Shown in pieces: positions 18,005 through 26,817 of a stretch of DNA of 64,000 bases (position 1 is the first letter of the stretch; each line of letters begins with the position of its first letter). This DNA is from Alphaproteobacteria bacterium. GTDB taxonomy: Bacteria > Pseudomonadota > Alphaproteobacteria > RF32 > CAG-239. A program made the translations under genes and the position numbers. Location: assembly GCA_045615365.1 (NCBI GenBank), contig JAZLEQ010000018.1:106384-170383 (forward strand), given 5' to 3'. The notes beneath the pieces are model-generated. The model ran no database searches, was not told the origin of the DNA, and saw nothing but the letters and a program-made list of their open reading frames with translations.

Positions 18005-18589
18005 TTATTCAATACAACAATCAACTGCTTTTCTGACAAAAGCTTTCATCTTGCTGAAAGCACCGCCCTCTTCTTTAACCTCAACTTCTTTCTTTTTAAC
18101 AGGTGCTTTGTTTTCTTCCAACTTTGCGGAAATCTTTTTAATATCTTCCATATTGTCTTCAACCCACTTAACATCAGATACATCAAGCATCTTCATATTA
18201 AGTCCCCAAAACAGACAATACAAATCATATGCCTGATTAAACAAACTATATGCCAAATCTTTGTTTCCTAAAGATTGTTGTTTAGTTCCCACCTCCATAA
18301 GACGCATTGATGAAGCCAACAAGTGTTTTGAAATACACCAAACTTCGCCTTCATATTCGGGAATAACTCTTTGCATTAAATTTTTGCGTAATTCTCTCAC
18401 ATTTTCAATCAAATCATAAAAACTGTTTTTACCTGTTTTTGCTCCGGAAAAAACCAAATGTTCTTCGATTGAAATAAGGTTCATAATTGCAATAGTCAAA
18501 TCCTGATCCGACGACAAATCTTTAGGATTAACCTTTTTTGAGGCATCAATTCTTTCCACGAATTCTTTTACATCTTTTGCTTTTTTCAT
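18005..18589 (-). CDS. Hypothetical protein (194 aa), C-terminal …DCCIE
   Basis: ORF translationally coupled to the upstream membrane-protein gene (stop/start overlap at 18589/18590). Confidence 0.45.
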   Translation of the reverse strand: MKKAKDVKEFVERIDASKKVNPKDLSSDQDLTIAIMNLISIEEHLVFSGAKTGKNSFYDLIENVRELRKNLMQRVIPEYEGEVWCISKHLLASSMRLMEVGTKQQSLGNKDLAYSLFNQAYDLYCLFWGLNMKMLDVSDVKWVEDNMEDIKKISAKLEENKAPVKKKEVEVKEEGGAFSKMKAFVRKAVDCCIE

Positions 18590-19156
18590 TTATTTTTCTC
18601 CCGAAAATTCATACAATCCCGAAGCATCAAGCAAACCGCTTTCCGGTGCCAATTCAACGCCGATAGGAAAATAATTAAAATAAACACTCAATATTGCCAA
18701 TGCAGCAACCGGCAATACAACCTTTTCAAACGGAAAATGTGCATGACCACCGTTTCTTGCTTTCATCCATTGATAAAATTTTGAAACATAAATAAAAGTA
18801 AGCGCACCTAAAATTGTGCTAAACAACAACGGATCCATATAGAAAATTCCGATAACCTTTGCTTGATATGGCATTGTCATATACATAAAACCGATTGATC
18901 CGACAGAAATTGCCATCATCAAAAAATCTCTTCCGAAAAAATGCCAATTTTTCTTATCGCACCACAATATCAACCAATACCCCAAAAGCGATAAAAATGC
19001 ACCGGCCCAAACCCCCACAACCGCATCATCAACGCCATATCGGCGAGCAACTTCCAAAGATGCTCCTACCGCAACGGTGCAAACCGCACAAGCAGGATTA
19101 GCAACAGCTTTCCCTGCAACCAACAACAAGGCAAACAACGATGCAAAAAACTTCAT
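18590..19156 (-). CDS. Hypothetical membrane protein with signal peptide and N-terminal CAVC motif
   Basis: 188 aa; MKFFASLFALLLVAGKAVA signal, NPACAVCTVAVG, then 4-5 predicted TM helices. Confidence 0.5.
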   Translation of the reverse strand: MKFFASLFALLLVAGKAVANPACAVCTVAVGASLEVARRYGVDDAVVGVWAGAFLSLLGYWLILWCDKKNWHFFGRDFLMMAISVGSIGFMYMTMPYQAKVIGIFYMDPLLFSTILGALTFIYVSKFYQWMKARNGGHAHFPFEKVVLPVAALAILSVYFNYFPIGVELAPESGLLDASGLYEFSGEK

Positions 19157-19280
19157 ATCAAACTTTCCTTATTTTTCTTTTAATCACATACTTATATAAA
19201 ATACATTTACTCAAAAAAAAGCAATGGCTTTTTATAATTTATCATATTATATTAGCAAAAAAGTTTAGGAATAATTACCG

Positions 19281-20315
19281 ATGCAAAATTTAATCCAAAA
19301 AGCCATAAACACTCATTCTCTTTCAAAAGAAGAAATAATCAAAATACTAAACGACGATTCTTGCGACAAACAACTTTTTAATGCCGCCGATTATATAAGA
19401 AAACAATTTGTCGGCGATGAAATTCATCTCCGTGCGTTGATTGAATTTTCCAACTTTTGCAAAAACAACTGCCTATATTGCGGCCTGAGACGTGATAATA
19501 AAAATGTTAATCGTTACCGCATGAACAGTCAAACAATCTTCAATTTAGCACAATATGCCGCACAAAATTTAGGACTTAAAACAATCGTTCTGCAATCAGG
19601 CGAAGATATGTTTTTTTCAAAAGAAAAAATGTGCGAAATAATCAAACAAATCAAAACGCTTGATGTCGCCCTCACCTTAAGTATCGGCGAAAAAAACTTG
19701 GATGAATACATCGCTTATAAAAATGCCGGTGCCGACCGCTTTTTATTGCGAATTGAAACCACCGATAAAAACCTTTATCACAAGCTTGATCCGGATATGA
19801 GTTGGGACAACCGTTTTCAATGTTTAACAGATATCAAAAATGCCGGATTGGAAGTTGGCTCCGGCATAATGGTAGGCCTTCCCGAACAAACGATTGCAAG
19901 TATTGCCGACGATATTCTTTTCTTTCAAAAAATTAATGCCGATATGATTGGAATTGGCCCGTTTATTCCTCATCCCGACACCCCCTTAAAAATCGAACAA
20001 GGAGGCAAACTCAATTTATCGCTTAAAGTAATGGCCATAACCCGCCTGCTTTTGCCGGATATCAACATCCCAGCCACAACCGCCATGGAAACACTCGAAC
20101 CAAACGGTCAACTGATGGCTTTGCAAGCCGGAGCCAATGTGATTATGCCCAATGTTACTCTGAATGAATATCGCAAACACTACGAGATATATCCCGGAAA
20201 ATCTTCAACCAATGCCACACCCGATAAAAACCTTACAAATCTTAAACAAAAAATAGCATCAATCGGGCGAAGCATCTCCTCCGATTACGGGTTTCATAAA
20301 CATATGATAAAATAA
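19281..20315 (+). CDS. hydE: Radical SAM enzyme of the HydE / biotin-synthase-like family ([FeFe]-hydrogenase maturase HydE-like)
   Basis: 344 aa; CX3CX2C (EFSNFCKNNCLYCGLRRDNKNVNRYRM), TIVLQSGED, GADRFLLRIET, IGIGPFIPHPDTPL, LLPDINIPATTAME, GANVIMPN. These blocks recall HydE. No hydF, hydG or hydrogenase gene is in the window. Confidence 0.55.
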   Translation: MQNLIQKAINTHSLSKEEIIKILNDDSCDKQLFNAADYIRKQFVGDEIHLRALIEFSNFCKNNCLYCGLRRDNKNVNRYRMNSQTIFNLAQYAAQNLGLKTIVLQSGEDMFFSKEKMCEIIKQIKTLDVALTLSIGEKNLDEYIAYKNAGADRFLLRIETTDKNLYHKLDPDMSWDNRFQCLTDIKNAGLEVGSGIMVGLPEQTIASIADDILFFQKINADMIGIGPFIPHPDTPLKIEQGGKLNLSLKVMAITRLLLPDINIPATTAMETLEPNGQLMALQAGANVIMPNVTLNEYRKHYEIYPGKSSTNATPDKNLTNLKQKIASIGRSISSDYGFHKHMIK

Positions 20316-20318
20316 AGC

Positions 20319-21020
20319 TTATTTATCCTTTTTGGGTTCGACCAAACCGCCGGAAACAATAAACTTAATTGCTTCCTCCACACTCATATCCATTTCAATA
20401 ATATCTTTTCTGGGGACAAAAATCAAAAATCCTGATGTTGGGTTAGGAGTTGTAGGGATAAACACATTAACCATCTCATCTGGCAATTTTTGTTCTATTT
20501 CCCCTTCCAAATCTGCACTCACAAGACCCAAAATCCAAATTCCCTTTCTCGGATATTCAAGCATTACAACTTTCTTGAAAGCCTGTGTCTTATTGGAAAA
20601 AACAGTTTCGAATATTTGTTTCAACAATGAATACACCGATGAAATCAACGGCATTTTTGCCACAAACCATTCTCCCAAGCGAATAAAAAATCTGCCTAAG
20701 AAACCGGCCGCAAACATACCTACCAACATTAGGAACATAATTAATACAATCAGTCCTAACCCCGGAATAGTTATCGGCAAATAACTGTCCAATTTATATT
20801 GCGGCGGCAAAAGCTTATAAACAAAAACATCAACCCACAAAATGAATTTATAAGCCAAATAAAAAGTTATCGCCACCGGAGCGGTAACTAAAATTCCCGT
20901 AAACAAATAAGCCTTCAGCTTTGAACCGAAAGCCATAAAAACTTTACGTTCCTTCTCCAATCTCTCTTTTTTAATCTTCTGAATATTTTTTGCTCTCGCT
21001 ATTGCTTTTTTATTTGCCAT
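20319..21020 (-). CDS. DUF502-family membrane protein
   Basis: 233 aa, two N-terminal TM helices and the family hallmark …NVFIPTTPNPTSGFLIFVP…. Confidence 0.7.
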   Translation of the reverse strand: MANKKAIARAKNIQKIKKERLEKERKVFMAFGSKLKAYLFTGILVTAPVAITFYLAYKFILWVDVFVYKLLPPQYKLDSYLPITIPGLGLIVLIMFLMLVGMFAAGFLGRFFIRLGEWFVAKMPLISSVYSLLKQIFETVFSNKTQAFKKVVMLEYPRKGIWILGLVSADLEGEIEQKLPDEMVNVFIPTTPNPTSGFLIFVPRKDIIEMDMSVEEAIKFIVSGGLVEPKKDK

Positions 21021-21041
21021 TATCTGTTTTCTCCAAACTTT

Positions 21042-22814
21042 CTAACATGATTTTCTCACATCACTTATTATAAACTGAACATCATTTTTTCCGTTCCAAC
21101 GATCGTGCCGTAAAATTCCCGCCACATCAAATTTTTCACCTTTTGCATTTAACATTGCATTTCCTATCTGATTATCTCCGACCCTGAATGCAATCGCTTT
21201 TATTGACGCTCCGTTATCCGATATTAAAACGCATTTAACATGTCCTGTTCCGATTAATGCCGGCCTTATAATTTTAACCCCCTTAAGCATCAAAACAGGC
21301 TCCTGATTACCGGCTCCGAACGGTTCTAATTTTTCCAAACAATCGGCCAAATCAATATTAGCCCCTCCAACATCCAAAACCGCATCAACCTCCAATTCCG
21401 GAATAACCGCTTCTCTTCCCGATTTTGCCACAACATATTCGCCGACAAATTTTTTAAATTCTTCAATTTTATCTTCCGTCAGAGAAAAACCTGCCGCCAT
21501 TATATGGCCGCCTCCTTTTGTTAATATCCCCTTTTCTTTAGCCGCAATAATCAACGCCCCCAAATCAACCTGAGAAACTGAACGTGCCGATCCTTTAACC
21601 TCATCCGCTTCTACTGACATCACGAAAGACGGCACATTATACCTTTCCTTCAAACGTCCGGCAACAATTCCGATAACCCCCTGATGCCAATCTTTTCCGT
21701 AAACAAAAGCAATCGGATATTCTTGAGGAGTTCCTTCAACTTGTTCTATAGCCGATAACAGCACATGGTTTTCAATATCCTTACGATAAGCATTAAATTC
21801 ATTCAATTTATCAACCAAAAGCTGTGCTTGATAATCGCTTTCACAACACAAAAGCTGATTTCCCATATCTGCATCGCCCACTCTTCCGCAAGCATTAATT
21901 CGCGGTCCTAGCACATATCCCAAATGAAAAGCATTGGGTTCTTCCGAAATATTTGCCTTATCCATCAGGTTTTTCAAGCCTACATTGTTTCGCAACGCCA
22001 AAACCTTAAGTCCTTGTTTAACAAATGCTCTATTCAACCCTTTCAACGGCACAACATCGCAAACTGTTCCCAAAGCCACCAAATCAATCCAATTTTTCAG
22101 ATTTGGTTCTTCAATATTTTTCCCATAAAAACCTCTTTGCCGCAAAACACGATTAACCGCAACAATCGTCATAAAAACAACTCCTACGGCAGCCATATAT
22201 TTCAAAAACGGATAATCATTTGTTTCATCAAGTCTTTTTGGGTTAACAACCGCATAAATTTTGGGCAGTTTCACTTCTGCTTCATGGTGATCTAAAACAA
22301 CAACATCCATTCCCAAAGAAGCCGCATACTCTAACGGTTCAAAAGCTGTTGTCCCGCAATCTAATGTAAGCAAAAGTTCCGCTTCCGTTTTCTTAAAATC
22401 ATCAACCGCTTGTTTACTCGGCCCATATCCCTCATCTCTGTCAGGAATATGAACATCAGGCTCCACACCGACAGCTCTCAAAAACAATTTCATAACCGAT
22501 GTTGAAGTTGCTCCGTCAACATCATAATCACCAATAATGGCAATTTTTTGTTTTTTTTCTACGGCTGTAGCAATCCTCTCCGCAGCTTTTTGCATATCAT
22601 TCAACACATACGGATCAGGCATAAGTGTAGCCAATTTCGGATTCAAATAACTTTCAACTTCATCAACACAAATTCCGCGAAGCGATAAAATTTTTGCAAC
22701 AATATAGGGCAAGTCGAATTTTTGAGCAATAACCTCAGACAAACGCTCATCCGATTGGGCAATTTTCCATAAATTTCCCCCCAAAGAAACACTATTATTT
22801 AAAGAATCATCCAT
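21042..22814 (-). CDS. recJ: Single-stranded-DNA-specific exonuclease RecJ
   Basis: 590 aa; DHH motifs (IAIIGDYDVDGATSTSVM…, VVVLDHHE), DHHA1 domain (GGGHIMAAGFS). Confidence 0.9.
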   Translation of the reverse strand: MDDSLNNSVSLGGNLWKIAQSDERLSEVIAQKFDLPYIVAKILSLRGICVDEVESYLNPKLATLMPDPYVLNDMQKAAERIATAVEKKQKIAIIGDYDVDGATSTSVMKLFLRAVGVEPDVHIPDRDEGYGPSKQAVDDFKKTEAELLLTLDCGTTAFEPLEYAASLGMDVVVLDHHEAEVKLPKIYAVVNPKRLDETNDYPFLKYMAAVGVVFMTIVAVNRVLRQRGFYGKNIEEPNLKNWIDLVALGTVCDVVPLKGLNRAFVKQGLKVLALRNNVGLKNLMDKANISEEPNAFHLGYVLGPRINACGRVGDADMGNQLLCCESDYQAQLLVDKLNEFNAYRKDIENHVLLSAIEQVEGTPQEYPIAFVYGKDWHQGVIGIVAGRLKERYNVPSFVMSVEADEVKGSARSVSQVDLGALIIAAKEKGILTKGGGHIMAAGFSLTEDKIEEFKKFVGEYVVAKSGREAVIPELEVDAVLDVGGANIDLADCLEKLEPFGAGNQEPVLMLKGVKIIRPALIGTGHVKCVLISDNGASIKAIAFRVGDNQIGNAMLNAKGEKFDVAGILRHDRWNGKNDVQFIISDVRKSC

Positions 22815-22823
22815 TTTGTTTTT

Positions 22824-23645
22824 TTAGTATGTCAAGTAAATTTCAACTCGTCTGTTCAGACGCTCCCCCTCGGGCATAACTTCCAAATACAAAGGTTTAG
22901 AATCAGATAATGCCTGAACATTAATTACATCTTTCTTAACACCGTATTTTCTTAAAATTTTAGCCACACTTTCAGCTCTTTTGGCCGAAACCTCAAAATT
23001 AACGAGCTTATGTGTTGCCGGATCAGTATTATTTGTGCGAGAAGAAGCATACCCGTATACATCAACCGTTGCATTCATTTCTTTTATTGTTCTTGCTAAC
23101 TTACGCAAAATTTTCATACCTTCATCATCAACTTCCGATGAACCGTTTGCAAAATATATCATATCAGCCAAATAATGCATTGTTGGGACGCTTAAGTTTG
23201 CATCTTCAACTTTTTCCATTGTTTTTTTGCTGTTATCATCGAGCTTAATTTCGTTTTTAACATCAGTTTCTTTTGCAGCCATTGCCACATCAAACTTTTC
23301 TTCAACTTTAATACCATCTGCACTGTAAAATTCGTCAGTTTCAACAATCAACGGTGCAATATTTTCTCTTTCAACACTGACAACCTTAGCCGGTTCAACT
23401 TTTTCTTCGGCATTAAAATCAATAACTTGCAGGTCGTCATCCTCATAAGCTGCGTTTTCTTTATCAGCAACCAATATTCCGCTTTCATCGACCTTTCTCA
23501 CTTCGATTCTGCCGCCTTCATCGACAACAACATCATCATCAGTTTCAAAATCAGGAAAAACCGTTGATGCACATCCGTTCAAGATCAACAGTGCAAAAAA
23601 CAAAGAAACAAACTTATTTGGCTCCAACATATTACTACATCCCAT
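22824..23645 (-). CDS. OmpA-family (peptidoglycan-associated) lipoprotein
   Basis: Lipobox LILNGCAS, acidic linker, C-terminal OmpA-like domain ending …NRRVEIYLTY. True start may be the internal Met at ~23630. Confidence 0.7.
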   Translation of the reverse strand: MGCSNMLEPNKFVSLFFALLILNGCASTVFPDFETDDDVVVDEGGRIEVRKVDESGILVADKENAAYEDDDLQVIDFNAEEKVEPAKVVSVERENIAPLIVETDEFYSADGIKVEEKFDVAMAAKETDVKNEIKLDDNSKKTMEKVEDANLSVPTMHYLADMIYFANGSSEVDDEGMKILRKLARTIKEMNATVDVYGYASSRTNNTDPATHKLVNFEVSAKRAESVAKILRKYGVKKDVINVQALSDSKPLYLEVMPEGERLNRRVEIYLTY

Positions 23646-23799
23646 CTATTCTATAAAATACAATCTTCGAGCAAGACTAAAACAATTATTCTTTTTACAC
23701 AAGAACAAAAACTTATTTTTTAGCAAATAAATCATTAACAAAAGAAAGTTATTATTTTTTTAATATTCAATTTGAAATTTTTAAATAATTGATTATAAT

Positions 23800-24363
23800 A
23801 TGCCTGATATTTATCAAACGATAATTTTACATAGAACAATGAGCAAAAAAACTTTTTATTCATCAATAACCGTAGGTGCTTGGCTGTTTAACAAATTTAA
23901 GCATGCCGGTCTTATGTTCGACGAACTTAAATACAAGCACATCATTTTTTTATGCCAAATGCATTATCTCTTAAAAAACAAACGCTTACTATTTCCCTCA
24001 TTTTTCGTCTGCGACAAAAATTGCTTTTACGAACCATCCTTGTCTGAAATAATGCAAACAGGCTTTCCTTTGTCTTTTTCGTATTCATTATCCGAAGAAG
24101 ACCTCTCTCTTTTAAATATCATTTGGCAAAAATACAGCCTTTTGCAAACATCAGAATTGAGCTCCTTCATAAAAAAATTCTGTGAATTTTCGGAAATAAA
24201 AGAAGGAACAATAGTTAATCCTGCAAATATTATAGATACATTTGCCGAATATTTACAAATCAACAAAAACTCAAAATCGCTGTCAAAATCAAAAATTATG
24301 CTCTCTCAAAACGGACCTGTTCGCGTAACCGAATGGAAGCCGAGAAAAATACACAACAACTAA
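23800..24363 (+). CDS. Hypothetical protein (187 aa); weak resemblance to Panacea/DUF4065 (SocA-like) domain
   Basis: ORF with pattern …FDELKYKHIIFLCQMHYLLKNKRLLFPSFF…YEPSLSEIMQ… loosely resembling Panacea-domain proteins; start may be the internal Met at ~23839. Confidence 0.35.
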   Translation: MPDIYQTIILHRTMSKKTFYSSITVGAWLFNKFKHAGLMFDELKYKHIIFLCQMHYLLKNKRLLFPSFFVCDKNCFYEPSLSEIMQTGFPLSFSYSLSEEDLSLLNIIWQKYSLLQTSELSSFIKKFCEFSEIKEGTIVNPANIIDTFAEYLQINKNSKSLSKSKIMLSQNGPVRVTEWKPRKIHNN

Positions 24364-24375
24364 GGAGAAAACTTA

Positions 24376-24885
24376 ATGAAAAAAATTTTATCCATCTTCC
24401 TAATCTGCCTATTTGCCTTTGGCTGCTCTCAAGAAGAAAACAAAAAAAACACTACCCCTCTTGTAATAAAAACCGCAAACGGTTCAGCTCGTTTTTTGGT
24501 TGAAACTGCTCGCACACCTGAAGAGTTGAAAACAGGACTCATGCACCGCACGGACCTCAAAGAAAACGAAGGAATGTTGTTTGATATAGATCCGGTTCGC
24601 CCTGTAGCCATGTGGATGAAAAACACTCAAATTCCTCTCGATATGATTTTTGTTGCCCCCAACCTTACAATCAGCATGATAAAAGAAACAACAACTCCGC
24701 TTTCGGAAGAACAAATCATTTCAACCGATCCTGTGCGCGCCGTTATTGAAGTAAACGCAGGACAAGTAAAAAAACACAAAATTTCTGTCGGCGACTTGGT
24801 TACTCACGTATCTTTAACCGACATGATATCAATTAAAGAAACTCCGGCACGTTCTCGTCCGAAACCGTTACCGGCTAACAAGTAA
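24376..24885 (+). CDS. DUF192-domain lipoprotein
   Basis: 169 aa, lipobox FAFGCS. …ARFLVETARTPEELKTGLMHRTDLKENEGMLFDIDPVRPVAMWMKNTQIPLDMIFVAPN… matches the DUF192 signature. Confidence 0.7.
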   Translation: MKKILSIFLICLFAFGCSQEENKKNTTPLVIKTANGSARFLVETARTPEELKTGLMHRTDLKENEGMLFDIDPVRPVAMWMKNTQIPLDMIFVAPNLTISMIKETTTPLSEEQIISTDPVRAVIEVNAGQVKKHKISVGDLVTHVSLTDMISIKETPARSRPKPLPANK

Positions 24886-24892
24886 ATAAATA

Positions 24893-24928
24893 AAAAAATC
24901 CTCACAAACAATTTTGTGAGGATTTTTT
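24893..24928. terminator. Bidirectional intrinsic terminator (aaaatcctcacaaa / tttgtgaggatttt)
   Basis: 12-bp hairpin flanked by A- and T-runs between convergent genes. Confidence 0.6.
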
Positions 24929-24931
24929 TAT

Positions 24932-25771
24932 TTAACTCCCCGTATAAAACCACTCTTCCCCGATATCGCATTCATGATTCGGTATTATTATATATCCGTC
25001 AAATTGCGAAACGATTTGTTCCCCGTTATTATAAATTGCCAACACTTCTCCTTTTTTTATTTTAGTCAAATGTTTATATTCTTTAGTCATTTTTCCTTCA
25101 GCTTTTTTAACAAAAAATGAACTCATATTTATAATTTCAGAATTATAAATTTCATGTCTTTTATCAATCAAACCATAATAAGCAAACACATTAAGAAGAG
25201 AAGTAAGTGCAACATCAACAGAATCAGTGCTTTTATGATAACCGCATTCAACCGTTATACCGACTTTTCCGCATATATTGGCATACTTTTCCGTGCAAAA
25301 ATTTTCAATTTCTTCACTTTGTTCATACACATTCGGCCATCCTGCCAAAGCATATCTGACAGGAATCAAAGACAACAAATCTTTATTTCCTTCATTAGGA
25401 TAATCCATAAACGCAAAAGCCTCATCTCCTTTGCAATGCGTTGAATGCAAATCAATCATAACATCGCATTTTTCAATTTCTTTTATCAACTCATTTGCAA
25501 TTTTTTCTTCGTTAAGCTTTGCATTTTCATGAAAACAAACAACTCTGTTCAAATTAACATCAACAAAGCGTTTATCTTGCCTTTGAGCTTCTTTATTAAC
25601 AACCGGAATAAATGTTATTAAACCGCTTTTTAAATTTAACTCATTATTTTTAATTTTTTCCATAAGAATATTCTGTGCTTTTGTTCCTGCAACTTCATTA
25701 CCATGCACTCCTCCAAGCACTAAAATATTTTTTCCTTTAATTTTGCTGTCAAAGACATATTTTTTAAACAT
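24932..25771 (-). CDS. Succinylglutamate desuccinylase / aspartoacylase (AstE/AspA) family zinc hydrolase
   Basis: 279 aa; NILVLGGVHGNEVAG zinc-binding N-terminal motif, later H-x-T-H region (MIDLHSTH). Confidence 0.65.
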   Translation of the reverse strand: MFKKYVFDSKIKGKNILVLGGVHGNEVAGTKAQNILMEKIKNNELNLKSGLITFIPVVNKEAQRQDKRFVDVNLNRVVCFHENAKLNEEKIANELIKEIEKCDVMIDLHSTHCKGDEAFAFMDYPNEGNKDLLSLIPVRYALAGWPNVYEQSEEIENFCTEKYANICGKVGITVECGYHKSTDSVDVALTSLLNVFAYYGLIDKRHEIYNSEIINMSSFFVKKAEGKMTKEYKHLTKIKKGEVLAIYNNGEQIVSQFDGYIIIPNHECDIGEEWFYTGS

Positions 25772-25772
25772 T

Positions 25773-26597
25773 TTAAATTTCCATACTTCTATTATTTTTG
25801 TAAATTGCCATTTTTTTATTCATCATATCAAAACCGTTGTAAGGCACAAATTTAATATATCCGGTATCGGCATCAAATTCACTTCCGACATAATCCTTAG
25901 TCAACATTTTATCAATCAATTCATATCGGTTATACGGCACCCTTATACCAAGCACATAGTTATTTTCTTTCGCTCTTAAATCATTGTGCATCAATGCAAT
26001 CTTTCCGCCATCGGCAGGATCAACACTTGTTGCATACATATTAAAACCATTACTGAAATATGGAGCCATATTCCAATGATTTGCTCTGTCAATGATTGAG
26101 AAAGCTCTTTCACATCCCATATTTTTAGCATATTCAATTCTGCATTCAATCATAACCTTATTCAAGCCATTTCCTCTATACATCGGATGAACACTATCTG
26201 CCCCCAAAGCAGCAACCTTCATTTTATGATTTTTTGCAAAAAAGTTTATCGGACTGTTTGGAACCTCACTATCAAAATCTTTTTTATTTTCACAAACTCT
26301 TATATAAGACATTCCCACAAGACAGCCTCCGACAAAAACTCCGATATAATGAATAGACTTATCGTTAAAAACATTATCGTAATAATTTTTATTGTGTTTA
26401 TGAATAAAGCACTCTTCACCCTTATTTAAATGCTGATAAATGATTTTCGACAATTTTTCCATTTCAGCCGAATCTGTTTCATTTAACGGCCTGACCACAA
26501 AACGCGGCATATTTTTGCTTTGGCTGTTTTTGATTTTATTCAAATATCCTCGCCAAACCATTTGATTGTTCAATTCATATTTTTCAATTACACTCAT
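25773..26597 (-). CDS. GNAT-family N-acetyltransferase (putative)
   Basis: 274 aa; acetyl-CoA binding-like motif …VHPMYRGNGLNKVMIECRIEYAKNMGCERAF…; 1-nt spacing to the downstream AstE/AspA-family gene. Confidence 0.45.
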   Translation of the reverse strand: MSVIEKYELNNQMVWRGYLNKIKNSQSKNMPRFVVRPLNETDSAEMEKLSKIIYQHLNKGEECFIHKHNKNYYDNVFNDKSIHYIGVFVGGCLVGMSYIRVCENKKDFDSEVPNSPINFFAKNHKMKVAALGADSVHPMYRGNGLNKVMIECRIEYAKNMGCERAFSIIDRANHWNMAPYFSNGFNMYATSVDPADGGKIALMHNDLRAKENNYVLGIRVPYNRYELIDKMLTKDYVGSEFDADTGYIKFVPYNGFDMMNKKMAIYKNNRSMEI

Positions 26598-26614
26598 TTT
26601 TTTCTCCGCATTTA

Positions 26615-26650
26615 AACAAAAAAGAACGGGAGCTTATCTCCCGTTCTTTC
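26615..26650 (-). terminator. Intrinsic terminator after ackA (aaagaacggga / tcccgttcttt + T-run on minus strand)
   Basis: 11-bp hairpin; poly-T on the minus strand. Confidence 0.6.
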
Positions 26651-26817
26651 AGCGTTTTATATTCTATATATTTTTAAATACCAAACAACCACGACGGGAA
26701 CATATTTTCCTGACGTTTCTTAGATTTGAGTTGTTTAGCAATATTTAAAAACATATCTATTCCTTTTTCAATCGTATGCTGACAATATATACACCTATCA
26801 ACATACAGTCAAGTTTT

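Noticed and set aside
19281-20315. Alternative call of the radical SAM protein as biotin synthase BioB
   Set aside because: BioB carries CPEDCKYC and a YNHNL-type second-cluster region. Here the cluster motif is CKNNCLYCG, and the other conserved blocks match what I recall of HydE.
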